64,000 nucleotides of DNA from Mobula hypostoma. Taxonomy: Eukaryota. The notes under the pieces were generated by a model. That model was not told the DNA's origin, made no database searches, and saw only the letters and a program-made list of their open reading frames with translations. The translations under genes were made by a program, and so were the position numbers. The stretch covers positions 94,862,001 to 94,926,000 of the forward strand of contig NC_086108.1 of the NCBI RefSeq assembly GCF_963921235.1. The letters run 5' to 3'. The stretch's first letter is position 1, and each line of letters begins with the position of its first letter. Below are positions 10,487 through 24,823 of this stretch, in pieces.

Positions 10487-13199
10487 CACCTGTCCGAAGC
10501 AACAAGGGCACGGAGAACGGTGAACATTGAGTTTCAGGAGCGCTGTTTAAATGCACGTCAACACGTCCCCAGATCGTTTGACCGTCAATTAAAAGATGGT
10601 AAATTGGTTTGTCGTTGCCGCGTGTACTGGGGTACAGCGAAACATTTTGTTTTGCATGCCATCCAAACAGACCACATCACAGGATTAGTACAACGGAAAG
10701 GTGTTGACACAATCCTGAATAAAGTATTGCAGAGAGTGTGCAACGCATGCATGCAATGAGGTGTAAAGGGCTATGATGAAGTAGGTTGTGAGGTAGAGTC
10801 CATCTCATGATACAAACGGTCCATTCAATAGCCTGAGCCTGGTCGTACGCACTTTCAGGTACGGTATTTGTATCTACTGCTCAATAGGGCTGGGAAAAGA
10901 AAATATAAAACTTTGAAGTGGGGCTGACAATATTGTGGGGAAAACATGCAGCAGGATTCTAGATTCAAAGCTAAACAGACCAAATGACGTTATGCTGAAA
11001 GGATTTCTAAAAGCTAAATAACGTATTTAATTTTAACCTTGATTCAAATTCAATAATTTCACAAAGAGGTGGTTGCAGGAGGCAGAGGAGTGGTTATGGG
11101 ATTGCTTCGAGTCAGTGGACCAGGCTGTGTTCAAGGACTCATCTGAGCATCTGAATTGAATACACCATGATTGTAACAGATTTTATTAAAACAGCTGTAG
11201 ACTAGTGTGTCCCCACCTAATCATTCAGAATCTTCCCCAATCATCCCTGGGTGAACCATAAGATCCAAAATCAGCTGAGAGCCAAAGGCACTCAAGCCTG
11301 GTCACCAAAGTTTCAAGAGGTTCAGGTGAGATCTCCGGAAATATATATCACAGGCGAAGTGGCAATTTCGGACCAAACTTGAATCAACGAAAGATGAACG
11401 GCAGGGTTGTACATGGTGAACTATGTACTTTGAACTTTGACCTTTTGAGTGCATCCTTTAACATATAATGAGTAGAAAAAGCCAATTATTAATCTGGCTA
11501 ATTATTTAATCCTCTTCACATTTCACCTGTCATCATTGCTGCTGGTGACTGTAAAGTAAGATTTAAGTGTTGTAAATCCAAAACACAAATGCCAGAAATA
11601 CTTTTAACTTTACCACTGCCAGTCTTGGCTCGGATAGTGATGGCATTGTACGTTACACTTTTGCCCTTCTGGATTGCTGTTCTAGGCTGTGCTTTTCACA
11701 TGATTTACTACACACTACAGGTTAATAACTGCCCAGGGTCTAGTCCAAAAGCCTTTAATATACTGCCATTCCAAAAAACACAGGTTAATTGGACATCGAT
11801 AGAGGACACACTGCCCAGAAAAATATTGCAGGGGGGAAAAAACGCACATACCAAAATTAGGCTAACAACAGACACTACCCCAAATAAAAGGTGTGAAATT
11901 GACATTTTAAGAGAGAGGGTTTGAGATTCACAAAGTACTAATTTTCAGTTTGTGTTTTGTTTTAAAAAGACAGGTCTACATTTTAAATAGTTTCAACTTC
12001 CCAGCAATTTCCAGAAACTTTTCAAAAGCAACTAAAAGAACTATTAATCTAAGTTTATTTTGGAAAAGAATGATTTTCACAGCTGACTTTACAGATAAAT
12101 TCAAGATTTGGATCAAATTTCCAGAAGTTCCATGACAGCCAATCAACTAATAAAACTTTCAATATCCAGTCCAATTAACCTTACTGCCAGCTTTGCAAGC
12201 CACGTACACAAAATGCTCTAAGTATCAGCAGGCCAGGAAACATCAATAGAAAAGAGTAAAAGGTCTACGTTTCAGACAGAGACCCTTCTCCGGACTGGAA
12301 AATAAGATGAGTAAGGTGGGGTGGGGAGGAAGCAGTGCGAGGTGGTAGGTGATTGGTGCAAATTCTGCTCTCAAGTATTTGTAGAACTGGAGTTCTACAA
12401 GTTTTATTTTGTATGCTTCAGATTTTCCAAATATACTATATTTGTTAGCCTCAAACTGCAATTAAATTCAATTGCACTTACAATTATGTCATTTGCTGAG
12501 AAATATTAGTTATTTTCAGTGGATCCGGCATTATAATGACGTGGCATTACAATCCTTAAATATATTTTGCAGGTTTTCTGGCCAGAGATTTTATGGCGTC
12601 TTGACATTATTTAAATTAAACTCTTCTTTCATACAAAATTTATGTTTTCATTACTGTAAAAACACTGAATTACCTAGAATTACTGAAACTTCAAGGCTCT
12701 CAGCTGAATAAAAATCACCCAATCATAGTAAAATTAATAATATGGAAACACACAAGGCTGTAGTGATATCAGACTGCTGTCCAAAAATCCACCAGTATGT
12801 TAATAATACAATGCTACATAACATGATAATAGATTCTCCGCTGAACAAAGTTATGGGGAAATGCAGACCCCAACAAGTCTTAGGGGACCATGGGAAATAT
12901 CTGATAAGCCCATGGGGAACCATCAGGATTTCCAAAAGGTCAGATGGTAGATTATCAGAGTCTGTTAACTGTTCACCAAATTGTTATTATTTCCCCCCCC
13001 CCACAATATAGAATGGACCACGGTATATTAAATTAAGATTAAATTGTCTACATGTTCTAATCCAATCTAACCCAACTTCACAGCTAAAATCTAAATGTGG
13101 TCTTCATTCAATCCTATACAGTACCATAGGAAAATTACTTAATATAATGCACATGAACTCCCAATACATATTGCTGTTCGTTCATCGATAAATTTACTT

Positions 13200-13937
13200 T
13201 GAACAGTAAACTATTATCAAAATACATATACCATATGTCACGATATACTGAGATTCCTTTTCTTGTAAGCAATCAGTAATTACAAGAAACATAATAGAAT
13301 CAATGAAAGATCACACCCAACAAGATGAACAAACAAGCAATGTGCCAAAAAACTGCAAATACAGAAAGAAAAAAATTAAATAAGCAATAAATATCAAGAA
13401 CATGAGATGAAGAGTACTTGAAAGTGAGCCCATAGGTTGTGGGAACAATTCAGTTATGGGATGAGTGAAGTCATCTCCCCAGTTCAAGAGCCTGATGGTT
13501 GAGGGATAATGACTGTTCCTGAATCTGGTGGTATGGGTCCCAATACTCCTGTACCTTCTTCCTGATGGCAGCAGCTAGGAGGAAGCATGACCTGGATGGT
13601 GTGGGTCCTTGATAATGAATGTTGATTTCCTGCAACATGCCTCTATATTAATGTGCTCATTGGCAAGGAGGGTTTAGCCCATGATGAACTGGGCCATATC
13701 CACTACTTTTTGTAGGCTTTTCCATACAAGAGCATTAGTGCTTCCATACCAGGCAGTGACGCAACCAATCAATATACCTCACGACACATCAATAGAAGTT
13801 TGTCAAAGTTTTAGATGACATGCCAAATCTTTTCAAGCTTCAAAGAAAGTTGAGGCACTGCTGTGCCTTCTTCATAATGGCACTTGCGTGCAGGACCCAG
13901 AACAGATTCTCTGAAATGATTTGCTGACCCTCTCCAA
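13200..13937 (-). mobile_element. Degraded Rex1-like LINE 3' portion
   Basis: Nucleotide resemblance to the other Rex1-type 3' ends in the window (ttcaagagcctgatggttgaggg...aagtttgtcaaagttttagatgacatgcc). Confidence 0.55.
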
Positions 13938-14869
13938 GTTCCTTTGTAAAATTTTTTCCAAGGAACAACTATGAACAATTTACTGAAAAAATTTTAAATA
14001 TTCTGGCAATTAGGCACTACAATCTAACAAGGCTGGCTCTAGTCAGCATTGATCAGAAATATTAAGATACATCTCTACAATATCCATTTATTATTTCAGT
14101 TCAGCATCTACAGTACTGTGCAAATGTCTTAAATACATATAACTAGTGTGACCAAAACTTTTGCACAGTACTGTAGTAATTTTATGTATTATACTGCTGC
14201 AGCAAAAAACCATTAATGATATGTGACCGATGATAAACAATTCTGATACAGGTCTCTTATGGACTAAGAATGGGAAGAGGGCATGGTGAGGGGAGGGAGC
14301 AGGAAGCACAAGAGCCATTCTGCAATGATCAATAAACTAATTGTAATCAAATGAACTTGCCTGGTTTCTTAGGGCTGTGTATACCACCCATCCCTGGCAC
14401 TTCAGTGCCACCTGTCCCAGGCTCACGAGCATTCTTTAACTCCCACCAGATTTACAAACTCGTTCTCCACTCCACATTGACAAATACCATATGGTGCAAA
14501 AGTCTTAGCCTCCTGAGCCTGTATGTACTCAAACTGTATAATCTTAACTTTTTATGGTTGACTTTTTTGGTTTTGTATGAATTTATAATCTATTAAATTC
14601 ATCCCAGTTAAAGACAGATGTTAACTACATTGGATCCTTTGGTCTCTGTTCAAAGTGTTGCTGTTCCAGCAGTACATTTAGTTCTGAGCTTAACTGCAAC
14701 ACTGGCACCCATCCAATAGTATGCTTAATTCAACCTGGTCAACTACCAGCCAATTAAATTGCTTCCAGGAATCAACAGCATTGCAATTATCCAAAGTTAA
14801 GCAAACTAAGGATAAGCTTCCATTTAAATGGATTCTGGTTGAGGTAGAAGTTAAACTACAGTATGTGTA

Positions 14870-15195
14870 AGACCACAGAGAAAAGAGTAGAATTAGGCCA
14901 TTTGGCCCATCAACTCTACTCCACCATTTTATTATGGCTAATCCAATTTTTCTCTCAGCCCCAATCTCCTACCTTCTCTGCATATCCCTTCATGCCCTGA
15001 ACAATCAAGAATCTATCAACCTCTGCCTTAAATATACATTAGGACTTGGCCTCCACAGCTGCCTGTGGCAAGGAATTTCACAGAATCATCACTCTCAGGC
15101 TAAAGAAATTCCTCATCTCTGTTCTAATAGGAAGCCCAGCAGTGTCCTCTGGTCATAAGACACTCCCACCATAGGAAACATCCTCTCCATATCCA
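14870..15195 (-). mobile_element. CR1 3' fragment
   Basis: gagtagaattaggccatttggcccatc 3' UTR motif and ccacc-ataggaaacatcctctcc. Confidence 0.6.
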
Positions 15196-16158
15196 GGGCT
15201 CACCACCTGATTTCTCAAGGCCGTTTCCACTACCACGACATTATAATTTGGGATATTCCTTTGTCAAGGTGTAAATAGTTACATGAAATTTATCATCTGT
15301 GATTGATCTACCTGTAGCAAAGATTTTCATTTCTATCAAGTTTTATGAAGGGTGAGTAATAAATTTTTTAACCTTGACTAGACCAGAGGCAAGGGTCAGG
15401 CCGATTCTGCTCGCTGTCATACTGAGGCTGTAAAACTGTTCAGGCCACTCTGGGCTTCGTGGCAATTTGCCCTGTGTGATGAATTGAGACATAGGCTTCA
15501 GGCCTATGGACTCAATTTCATTCTGAATGCTGTTGTTTTTATTGTTTGCATGGTGTGAATTTTTCTTCTCTGCAAATTGGTTGTTGATTTTTTTAAAAAC
15601 TCGTTTCTTTTGGATTTCTTGCTTTGTGGCTGTCTATAAGCAGACAAATCTCAAGGCTGCATAATTTATACATGCTTTGATAATAAAGTGTACTTCGTAC
15701 AGTATCTCTTACCTCAAATAATGGATCAATTCACCATTTCTCAAATGCACCTTCCATAACCACATGATCTTAGAAGAGAAATCATGTTCATGGGGAACAC
15801 TACCCAAATCACATACATAGAAATTTGCTCTCCATTTGCTGTTCGTTCTCAGTGGGTTAAAATTTTAGAACTGCCAATTTCAGAGTTTGTGGGTATATCC
15901 CAAGTAGTACCACCAGGAAACTGCCAAGAACTGTGAAAACATCCCAAAACAAAATAAAAAGGCTGTAATCTAAAGTGTACTGGAGAACTACCAGTATGCA
16001 ACTAGACACATGGAAATAAATAAAGGTTGTTCTTCAGAATAGAGTGGAAAAAAAAATCAGGTAATTGAAGAGGGAGAAATGGTAGTGAGATTTTAAAAAA
16101 TCCATGTAAATGTCAAACATACTTGCTAACTTCTACTTAATACATATGAATTTAATAT

Positions 16159-16164
16159 TTTATT
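16159..16164 (-). terminator. Candidate MTF2 polyadenylation signal AATAAA
   Basis: tttatt on the + strand about 620 nt downstream of the stop, in AT-rich non-repeat sequence. Usage not shown. Confidence 0.35.
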
Positions 16165-16783
16165 CTTTGGCTAAACATGCCCATTTCAAATCCTTTAAAA
16201 ACAAATAGAAATAACAGGTTGCTTACACTAGCATTATGGAAAAAATTGCCAGTTTAAAAACAATCCTCGGTAACATTTCTGAAATTCCAGAGGTATCAAT
16301 GTGATCATTAAGATACAGCAAATTGCCAAGTACAGTACTGCTACATCAAAAGGCAATACTCCGTTCACCCTGTGGATTCAATACACTTGAAAATCTGAAA
16401 ACATCTACTAGTACTACAGACAATATTAAAAAATTACATAACTTCATTTTGGTACAAACTGACCTACAGATCAATTAATCCCTGCAGGTATGGTTTAAGT
16501 ACACAGTTGTAAGCAGTAGCACCAAAATTCTTAGATCAAGCCTGAGTGGAAAGTCACTAAAATATTGCAAATGGTTCCTGAAAATTTTGAAGATTATGGC
16601 TAATTAACATTTACACTCAATTACCCACTCCCAGGGTATAAACCTCAGTTGCATAGGAATAAAGTTTACTAGAAATACATAGGAGAGTCAGAATGACCTA
16701 ATGGTCCTTCTGAACCTCATGCTTAAAGGTTCAAGTGTTCACAAGATGAAGCAAGCTTCAGAAACAAATTTGATTACAAAGAA

Positions 16784-17132
16784 TCAAGATGCAGTTATTC
16801 CTTCCCATTCTACCAGGTATTGAACTTTGCCATCCAGAGTCACTCGACGAGCCAAGATTCGATACTTTTCACCACAGGCAAGTCTACCAGCAGCACCAAA
16901 GTAGTTGGTAATTGATGATTTTAAGTGATTTAGGTGCATATCTCGATCATCAATAATTTCGGTATCGAGTCCATCATACTGGCAATCATCCTTTTCTTCA
17001 ACGTCATTCCCACTTTCTGATGTCTGCGCCTGAAATGTTCTTGCAGAGGTGCGGCCTCGTCTTTTCTTCAAACGCTGCAAAGTCAATGGCCAAGATCTAC
17101 CAGTGCGAGTTCTCCTTCTTGGACCAGAAAGG
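16784..17132 (-). CDS. MTF2: MTF2 exon 15 coding part (C-terminal chromo-like domain)
   Basis: [21 protein letters not shown]...[49 protein letters not shown]. Acceptor ttcag|C. Confidence 0.96.
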
Positions 17133-17745
17133 CTGAATCAAAATAACACAGATGAGTTATTCAAAAGCAGCAATTTATTTAAAACTAAGCACACTAAACT
17201 GTAAAATTAACTACAATTATATCAATACTAGTTGCTATAAATACAGATATTGTTAGGAAACACCATTTCTTTAGTAAAAATCTTCCAAGTTTCTAACTTT
17301 CAGTGAAGAGGTAGGTTCAAGCATCTGAATATAGCCAAACTCACTACCATCCCTAACAAATGAGCCCATCTTGGATCACAACTTTTCAAATGAAGAAAAA
17401 ATAGAACTGACTTAACCTTAGGATTACAAATGTCTGTTTTCAAGTAGCATAGGATATGACAAAATATGCAAACACTATTATACCAGCATCTCTAGTATCA
17501 AAATCTATGAACACTTCTGCATGCAAAAATATAAAAGAGATGAGAGTGGATATAGGACCGCTAGAAAAGCATGTGGAGACCTTCCAATATCCAGGCAGTC
17601 TTTCTTTCATTTTTCTGTTTCTTTTTCTTTTTCTTTCTTTCAGGTAGGGGTATGTATTGGGGGGGGGGGTTAAGGGGAGGGGGAAGGGTAGATATTATTA
17701 TTCCATGTAATCAAGTTTGAAAATTGAATTAAAAATTATATAAAA

Positions 17746-20700
17746 CATAATTGCAGGTGGAGACTTAATTGCATCTTAAGACTCCCTCCTGGATAGACAA
17801 CGTCCCCAAGTTTGTTCACTTAAAAATAGTGTAACATTTAATAATCTCATGCAATCGTATAACAGTGGATAGTTGGAGGCTTCTTAATCCCAAGTAGTAC
17901 ACAAATCCTACTCTAGGATTGATTATTTTCTGTTAGATTCGAAATTGGTCTTGTCAGTAGTCGGTTGCACTTAGCATAATATACTTATATCGGATCATAC
18001 TCCTGTCTCTCTTATACTTAAATTAAACCACAAAAGAAGTGACTATAGTTGGCATTTAAATAATACTTTTCTGAAGGATAAGGATTTTTGCTCTTATCTT
18101 TCAGATAAGATAGAACTATACTTAAGCACCAATGATGTGGGCGGTGTTGATTCCATTCTTTGGGAGGCCACGAAGGTGGTTATTAGAGGTTGCATAATAG
18201 CATATGAGACAGCGGAAAAGAAGATTCAAGAAGATGGCAAATCTGGAAGCTTCTTACAAAATAAACCATGAAGCAGAATTACTTAAAGATTTCTGCCTTA
18301 CGGTGTGAGTATAATTCTATAATGTCTAAGAGTGTTTCAAAACTACTGACACAAGTCAGACAGAGGTATTTTGAGCTTGGTGAAAAGCTCCATAAGTTAT
18401 TAGCCCCTCAGTTAAGCCAGATGCAGGCCTCCAGGGCCATACATCGTATAAAGGCGAAAGATGGCTTTTTATTGACAGACCCAGAAAAAATTAATATGTG
18501 TTTTGCGGAGTTCTATGTTAATGTTTACCAATCACAAGGCGGTCTGGACGCTGAAGCTATGGAAGCATTTTCTGATCATCTGAATCGGCCCACGCTGTCG
18601 ACAGATTCAGTAAATACACTTGCTGCTGATATAAGCCTAGATGAGATCAAGAAGGTCATCTCCTCCCTCCTTAATAATAAGGCAGTGGGTCCGGATGGTT
18701 TTAGCATGGAATTCTTCAAAGTATTTGGTCCAAAATTGTCACCTCTGCTCTTACGAATCACTCTAGGTTAGCTTCCAGATTGCCACCTACTTTATGTAAA
18801 GCCAATGTCTCCCTGAATCCAAAACCAGGCCGTGATCCCAAGGTGGTTTCATCATATCGCCCCATTTCGCTGCTGCCCATTGAAACCAAAATTCTTGGGA
18901 AAGTCCTGGCCAATAGGTTAAAAGAACGCATTTGTTCTATTATTCATCCAGATCAAACTGGCTTTATGCCAGGTAGACATAGGTATTTTAATTTGCGCCG
19001 TCTTTTCAATATTTTACATACAAAGCATGCAGAAGAGGCTGTAGTCATTTCATTAGATGCGCAACGTGTGTTTGACCAAGTGGAATAGCCATATATGATG
19101 TTTGCACTTAAGAAATCTGGATTTGGACCATCCTTCATTAAATGGATTGAGATAATTTATTCACACCCAACTGCTTCAATTAATACTAATCGGATATTTC
19201 CTCCCCTTTTGCAATACATCATGGGACTCGTTAAGGCTGCCCCCATTCTCCATTTTTGTTTGCAGTTATCATTGAGCCATTGGCTGTTAGCATCAGACAG
19301 GACCCTTTGATATCTCCCATTGATATACATGAACATAAACATCACCTTTAGTTATACGCTGATGTCCTTTTATACATCTCCAGCCCACAAACATCAATAC
19401 CTGCCCTTCTGACTCTAATTAATAATTTTGGCAGTTTCTCAGGTTTCTCTATTAATTGGGATAAGAGTGAACTAATGCCAGTCACTGCAGTGGTTAATAC
19501 AGCGTATTTACAGTCCATTCCCTTCAAAATCACTTATGATAATTTTTCCTATCTTGGTGTGACTATTACAAAAAACCCAGATGATCTTTTGCAAGTGAAT
19601 TGGCGAAACAAAGTTGAGCAGATTAAATGCAATATTGACTTTTGGAAAATCCTTCCAATTTCTTTGGTGGGGAGGCTTAACGCAATCAAGATGATTGTAC
19701 TGCCACGATTTTTCATCTTTTCCAGTCAATTCCATGTTTTATTCCTCTGTCATATTTTAAGCAATTGGATTCAATTATTATACCCTTCATTTGGAATTAT
19801 AAAGCCATTAGAATTACTAAAAAGCACTTGTCAAAGCCCAAGGAAGCAGGTGGTTTTGCCCTACCGAACGTTAAAATGTATTACTGGGCTGCTCACCTAT
19901 CCATTCTCGCAGAGTGGAAAAAAGGCCCACCCTCTACCCCAGCCTCATGCCCAGCATGGTTACTCATACAACGAATGCTTTGTAAGAAGACTTCCTTACC
20001 AGCTCTCCTTAATAGCCCCACTGCAGTTAATAAGCCACATTTTAGTAACAGCTTCGCGGTCGGCAGCACTATAAGAATTTGGAAGCAGATCCAACTACAC
20101 ATTAAGGCCCCAAAAACTTATATTGACACTCTGATCTGTGACAATCATTCCTTTTTGCCTGGCCTGAATGATATTGTTTTTTTCCACCTGGAAACAGAGA
20201 GGCATCTGTAGAAAAGGTGACCTATATATTAATGGAAACTTTGCCTCATTAGTGCAGTTACAAGCAGTTTACAATATCCCTGCATCTAGTTTTTTCAGAT
20301 ATTTACAAATTCGAGATTATGTTAGGAAATATATACCTAACTTTGAGGTTTTAGACAAACATGAGTCCCTGGAGGCAATAAATGAATTTGATCCTGTTAC
20401 TCGTAGTGCGGTATCCTATTGTTATCAGATCCTACATAATGGAGCTCGGGTGAATACTGCAGGTCTTAAATAGGCATGGGTAAATTGGGTATAGACTGAC
20501 AGAGGAGGTCTGGGATGAGTGTTTAAAGAGTATACATGATTGTTTGGTCAACGTCAGACACAGACTTACACAGTTTAAAACACTACATAGACTCCATTTT
20601 TCCAAAGAAAAGTTGCACAGTTTCTACCCTGATGTTTCGCCAGTTTGTAATAGATGTAAATCTGTGAACAGTAACTTGTCACATTCATTCTGGTCATGTT

Positions 20701-21220
20701 GTAAGCTTTATGCATACTGGAAAAGTATTTTTCACTGTTTCTCTGAGGCTTTTGGGAAGTGGTGGGAAGCAGACCCACTCATAGCAATCCTTGGAGCAAC
20801 AAGGTCCCTATCTTCAGCCAATATGTATGAAAAAGTGGCTGTATTGTTTGAAATGGTGATTGCTAAGAAGTTAATCCGGCAAATGTGGAAAATGGACTCA
20901 GCCTACGCATGATCTGTGGCTGAGAGAACTGGCAAATACTTTACAGTCTCAGTCTCTCCAAATGTAATGAGAACAGAGGGGACATCTTTGAAAGGATATA
21001 GGGCCCTGTATTGGTTTTCCTACAGGGTGAGGACTGAGGTTTTTTGGTACGGTTTACCTCTGCTGCGTATGTTTACTTTTGCCTTTATATTTTTCTCTTT
21101 TGCTGCTCAATATTTAATTTGATTTTGCTATGATTGTGGTTTTTGTGGATGTGCTGTGTTTATTTTTTGTTCCTTTGTTTGTTAGTAATAAATTTTTTAA
21201 AAAATTTAAATATTAAAAAA
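17746..21220 (+). mobile_element. L1-clade LINE ORF2 remnant (EN, RT, C-terminal Cys motif) in MTF2 intron 14
   Basis: IIAGGD start; NNKAVGPDGF, SYRPISLL, DQTGF, YADD-like and CNRC...HSFWSC motifs; many frameshifts; A-rich tail with aataaa near 21187. Confidence 0.9.
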
Positions 21221-21621
21221 CACTTTCACAAATCAAAAGGACCAATAAATTGAAGGATTAGGAAATCTTATTCAAATATTGTCAAACAAACTCACTAAAG
21301 GAAATAGAAGGCACAAAGATTCGGGGGGGTGGGGGGGTTGAGGGAGGAGGGGGAGTAAAAGGCAATGGAGAGCAAGCTTTCAAGAAATAGATTTTGACCC
21401 ATAACAAACAGACAGCTCGAATTTGAAAGAGCAAATGATTAATAATTTACAAGTTAGAAATACTCTGAAGTAATATTCACTTCAATGCAAATCCACAAAA
21501 CCAAGCACAAGATCTTAGTCAATTTAACTGACAATAAATCTCAGTCAATTCTATTGTTTTCCTTTCAATTTGGCAAAGCAATCCAATATCCTTTTAGTTT
21601 ATAAAAGAAAATGATGCCTAC

Positions 21622-21726
21622 CTGGACTGTCGAGACAGACTGGTTGAGGTAGTTTCTGTAGTACTGGCTGCACCGGTGGATTCTACATCAGAGGTATTAG
21701 AAGACTGTGCTGTTTGCTCAAGTCTC
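21622..21726 (-). CDS. MTF2: MTF2 exon 14
   Basis: RLEQTAQSSNTSDVESTGAASTTETTSTSLSRQS(S). tttag|G and AG|gtaggc, 105 nt. Confidence 0.92.
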
Positions 21727-22019
21727 CTAAAAAATTAAAATGTGGAGAAAAAATGTTAAGTTCAAGAGTGGTGTAATTTAAAAAGGCAATTAGAGAATTA
21801 GATAAGCTGGCTAAGGAAGCTTGCAAAATTAGAGCACAACAATAATTAAGGGGAAACGCTTGGAAATCACAAAATTCATGAACATACATGCAATCGCTAA
21901 AGGAAAAGGAACTTATTGTAGCGTATCAGAAGGCAAGAACAATATTAGATTCCAAGCTATGGCTGAATTAGCTGCATTTGTGCCGCAAAAACCAGGAGAA
22001 AGGAATCTACGCTCATATT

Positions 22020-22495
22020 CACATGCATACCTCACAAATTTCTAAAGATGTACTATGGAGAGATTCTAACTGGTTGAATCACCAACTGGTATGGAGGGGC
22101 CACTGCATAAGATCAGAAAAGGCTGCAGAAAGTTGCAAACTCAGCCAGCTCCATCATTGGTACTAGCCTCCCCCAGCATCAAGGACACTTTCAAAAGGCA
22201 ATATCCATCATTAAGGACTCACATCACCAAAACATGTCTTCTTCTTATGAAGTGGTGGTACAGGAACCTGAAGGCACATACTCAACCTTTCCAGGAACAG
22301 CTTCTTCCCCTCCACCAGATTTCTGAATGGACAATGAACCCATGAACACCACCTCACTTATTTTGATCTTTTTGTACTTACTTATTTAATTTGATGTTTT
22401 AATACATTCTTATTGTATTATGTATTGCAATGTACCACTGATGCAAAACAACAAATTTCACGACATATACCAATGATATTAAACCTGACTCTGCC
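22020..22495 (+). mobile_element. Degraded Rex1-like LINE 3' fragment
   Basis: gatgtactatggagagattctaactggttg...aacaacaaatttcacgacatat...attaaacctgactctg tail. Confidence 0.55.
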
Positions 22496-22949
22496 ATTGT
22501 GGAAGAATGTAGTATTGTCTTGTATGGTATTGAATGTGGCAGTCCTTCAGGTCACAGCTGAGAATAATTGAGACTTTATAGCTGCAATTCAAAGGGAAGC
22601 TAAGGAATTGTGTTCAAGGCAAATTGCATCTTGATCAACAAAATGAAAACAGATAATCTGATCACGAGTACACTCAGACCAACATAACGCTGATTTGTTG
22701 CAATGCTGTTATTCAATTTTTTATTGAAATTTTTAAAAATTACAAAAATTCATTCTAAACAACACTTAAAACTTCGAGGGGGCCGCCATTACAGTAAGCA
22801 TTCAATCAGCCAATGCGATCGCTTTATATATGCTCTGAGCCACTCACACCCAATCACGCATTAGTTCCCTCTCTACCTTCCCTTCGTGTGTAAACATTCT
22901 TGCTCCCTCACCAATTTATTCCATCTTTTTTCACTCAATGTCTCGAAAA

Positions 22950-23480
22950 CGGCCTTCAACTTCCAATGAGGGTAGTACTAGGAAAGCTGTCTAGGAAAAG
23001 CATTAGCAAAATTGTGAAGCTCCTGGGATTTCAGGCAGAACCAGTAATCCAAAACGTAGTTGAACTGGCCAGTGAAGCAGGATTAGAGGATATTAATGAT
23101 GGTGATGTTTAAGAGTTACTGCATTCTCATGGTGAAAGCCTTAATAACGAAGAGCTTCAAGAATTGGCGGAGCAACACATCCTGGGTGAAGCTGAGGACA
23201 TGGATGAAGAAAAGGGAACACCAGCAAGAAACCTCACCACAAAATTCCTTAGCACTAGCACCACGACAATCACTCAAATCATGGACTAGTTCATTGAAAA
23301 TGACCCTGGCTGGGAACAAAGCAACAAGGCAAAGAGGTGTTCGCGACATGATTTCCTGCCACCAAGAACCGCTTCATGAGAGGAAACTTAGGAAAAGGCA
23401 GTCAAAACTTGACACATACTTGAAGCCAAAGTTAGAGGAGGACCACAGTCTGGTCCCTCCTCTAAGATGTAACCACCACC
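22950..23480 (+). mobile_element. Tigger/pogo transposase C-terminal remnant
   Basis: ELLHSHGESLNNEELQEL...FIENDP...KRQSKLDTYLK across frameshifts. Confidence 0.6.
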
Positions 23481-23869
23481 TGCTTCCCCCTGCTGCTGCT
23501 GTGCTGTGTTGCTGCTCCACTGACGTACAGGTCAGGCCTATTTGTGTGTTTGTTACTCCACGAATTACTGTATATACATAAAATAATATACAGTATTATC
23601 TCAGGTTTGTTTTTTTTAAATCAGGCACATGTCCATTTACGTACTGTTATAATGACCCCCACATAGCGCTTCACCTCCGAGGTACGCATCCTCAGTATTA
23701 AGCTGGATCTGAGTGTATAACAGATTTAAGAACACTTAATTATTGTAATTCTCTATCTGTGATAGCTAAAGTTTCTATGTTGGAATTCTAAGCAACAAGA
23801 ATTTGTGAGTAAAGTGGTTCTTATAGAATGCCTACTCAATTCCATCTTTAATGTTCTTTGGCAAAGTTC

Positions 23870-24440
23870 ACAAAAGCAATTAAGGATTGAGTTCAAGAGC
23901 CACGAGGTAATATTGTAGTTTTATAAAACCCTGGTTAGACCACACTTGGAATATTGTGTTCAGTTCTAGTCACTTCATTATAGAAAATATTAGAAGGTTT
24001 TCAAAGGAGCAGAGATTTACCAGGATGCTGCCTGCATTAGAGAGCATGTCTTATGAGGATAGGTTGAGTGAGCTTGGGTTTCTTCTCTTTGGAGCGAAGG
24101 AAGATAAGAAGCGTCTTGACAGAGGTGTACAAGATGAGGAGGCATAAATTAAGTGGATAACCAGCGACTTTTCCCAGGATGAAAATGACTAATACAAAGG
24201 GGCATAATTTTATGATCAAAAGAAAGTACAGGGGTGATGCAGGAGGCAAGTTTTTTTTTTGACATAATAGTAGGTGCATAGAGTGCCCTGCCAGAGGTGG
24301 TGGAGGCAGATAAATTGGTGATATTTAAGAAATTCTTAGATAGACACATGGAGGGCTATGTAGGAGGGAGGGGTTAGGTTATAAGGTTGGCATAAAACTG
24401 TGGGTCAAAGGGCTTGTACTGCACTGTAGCTTTCTTCGAT
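23870..24440 (+). mobile_element. CR1 3' fragment
   Basis: QRFTRMLPALESMSYEDRLSELG followed by CR1 3' UTR. Confidence 0.75.
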
Positions 24441-24506
24441 GTAATAATAAGTTAAAATAATTTCAGGTTTTGTTTCAAAAGCTTGTTTTGTACAGAACTT
24501 AGTTAC

Positions 24507-24559
24507 CTTTTGGGACCAGGTAGATCCAAGGCAAGTGAATCCAACATTGCAGACTGGTC
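24507..24559 (-). CDS. MTF2: MTF2 exon 13
   Basis: DQSAMLDSLALDLPGPK(R); compare mammalian ...TLDLPCSIG. ttcag|GAC and AG|gtaact, 53 nt. Confidence 0.85.
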
Positions 24560-24823
24560 CTGAAAATCACAGTGGCTTTGGTTACTTTTTTCACTTTCCT
24601 GAAAAAAAATGCTGGATCAATATGGCTATGGCTGCAACACAAAAAAACTGCAAGTTCAACTGTGAATAAACATCACAGTCTGTCTTGCTCTTCACTGATG
24701 CATAGCTCATTTAAGTCTAGATGCACTTTCCACTATTCCACAATCAGTCTTCACATTCACACATCTCTCAGCAGCTGATTGGCAAATTTAATAAACTACA
24801 GGAAGCTTAGAAGTTGCTCTACA

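Noticed and set aside
10490..16150. TMED5 3' exons expected from mammalian synteny
   Set aside because: No GOLD-domain or C-terminal transmembrane translation was recognised; the region is repeats and AT-rich sequence.
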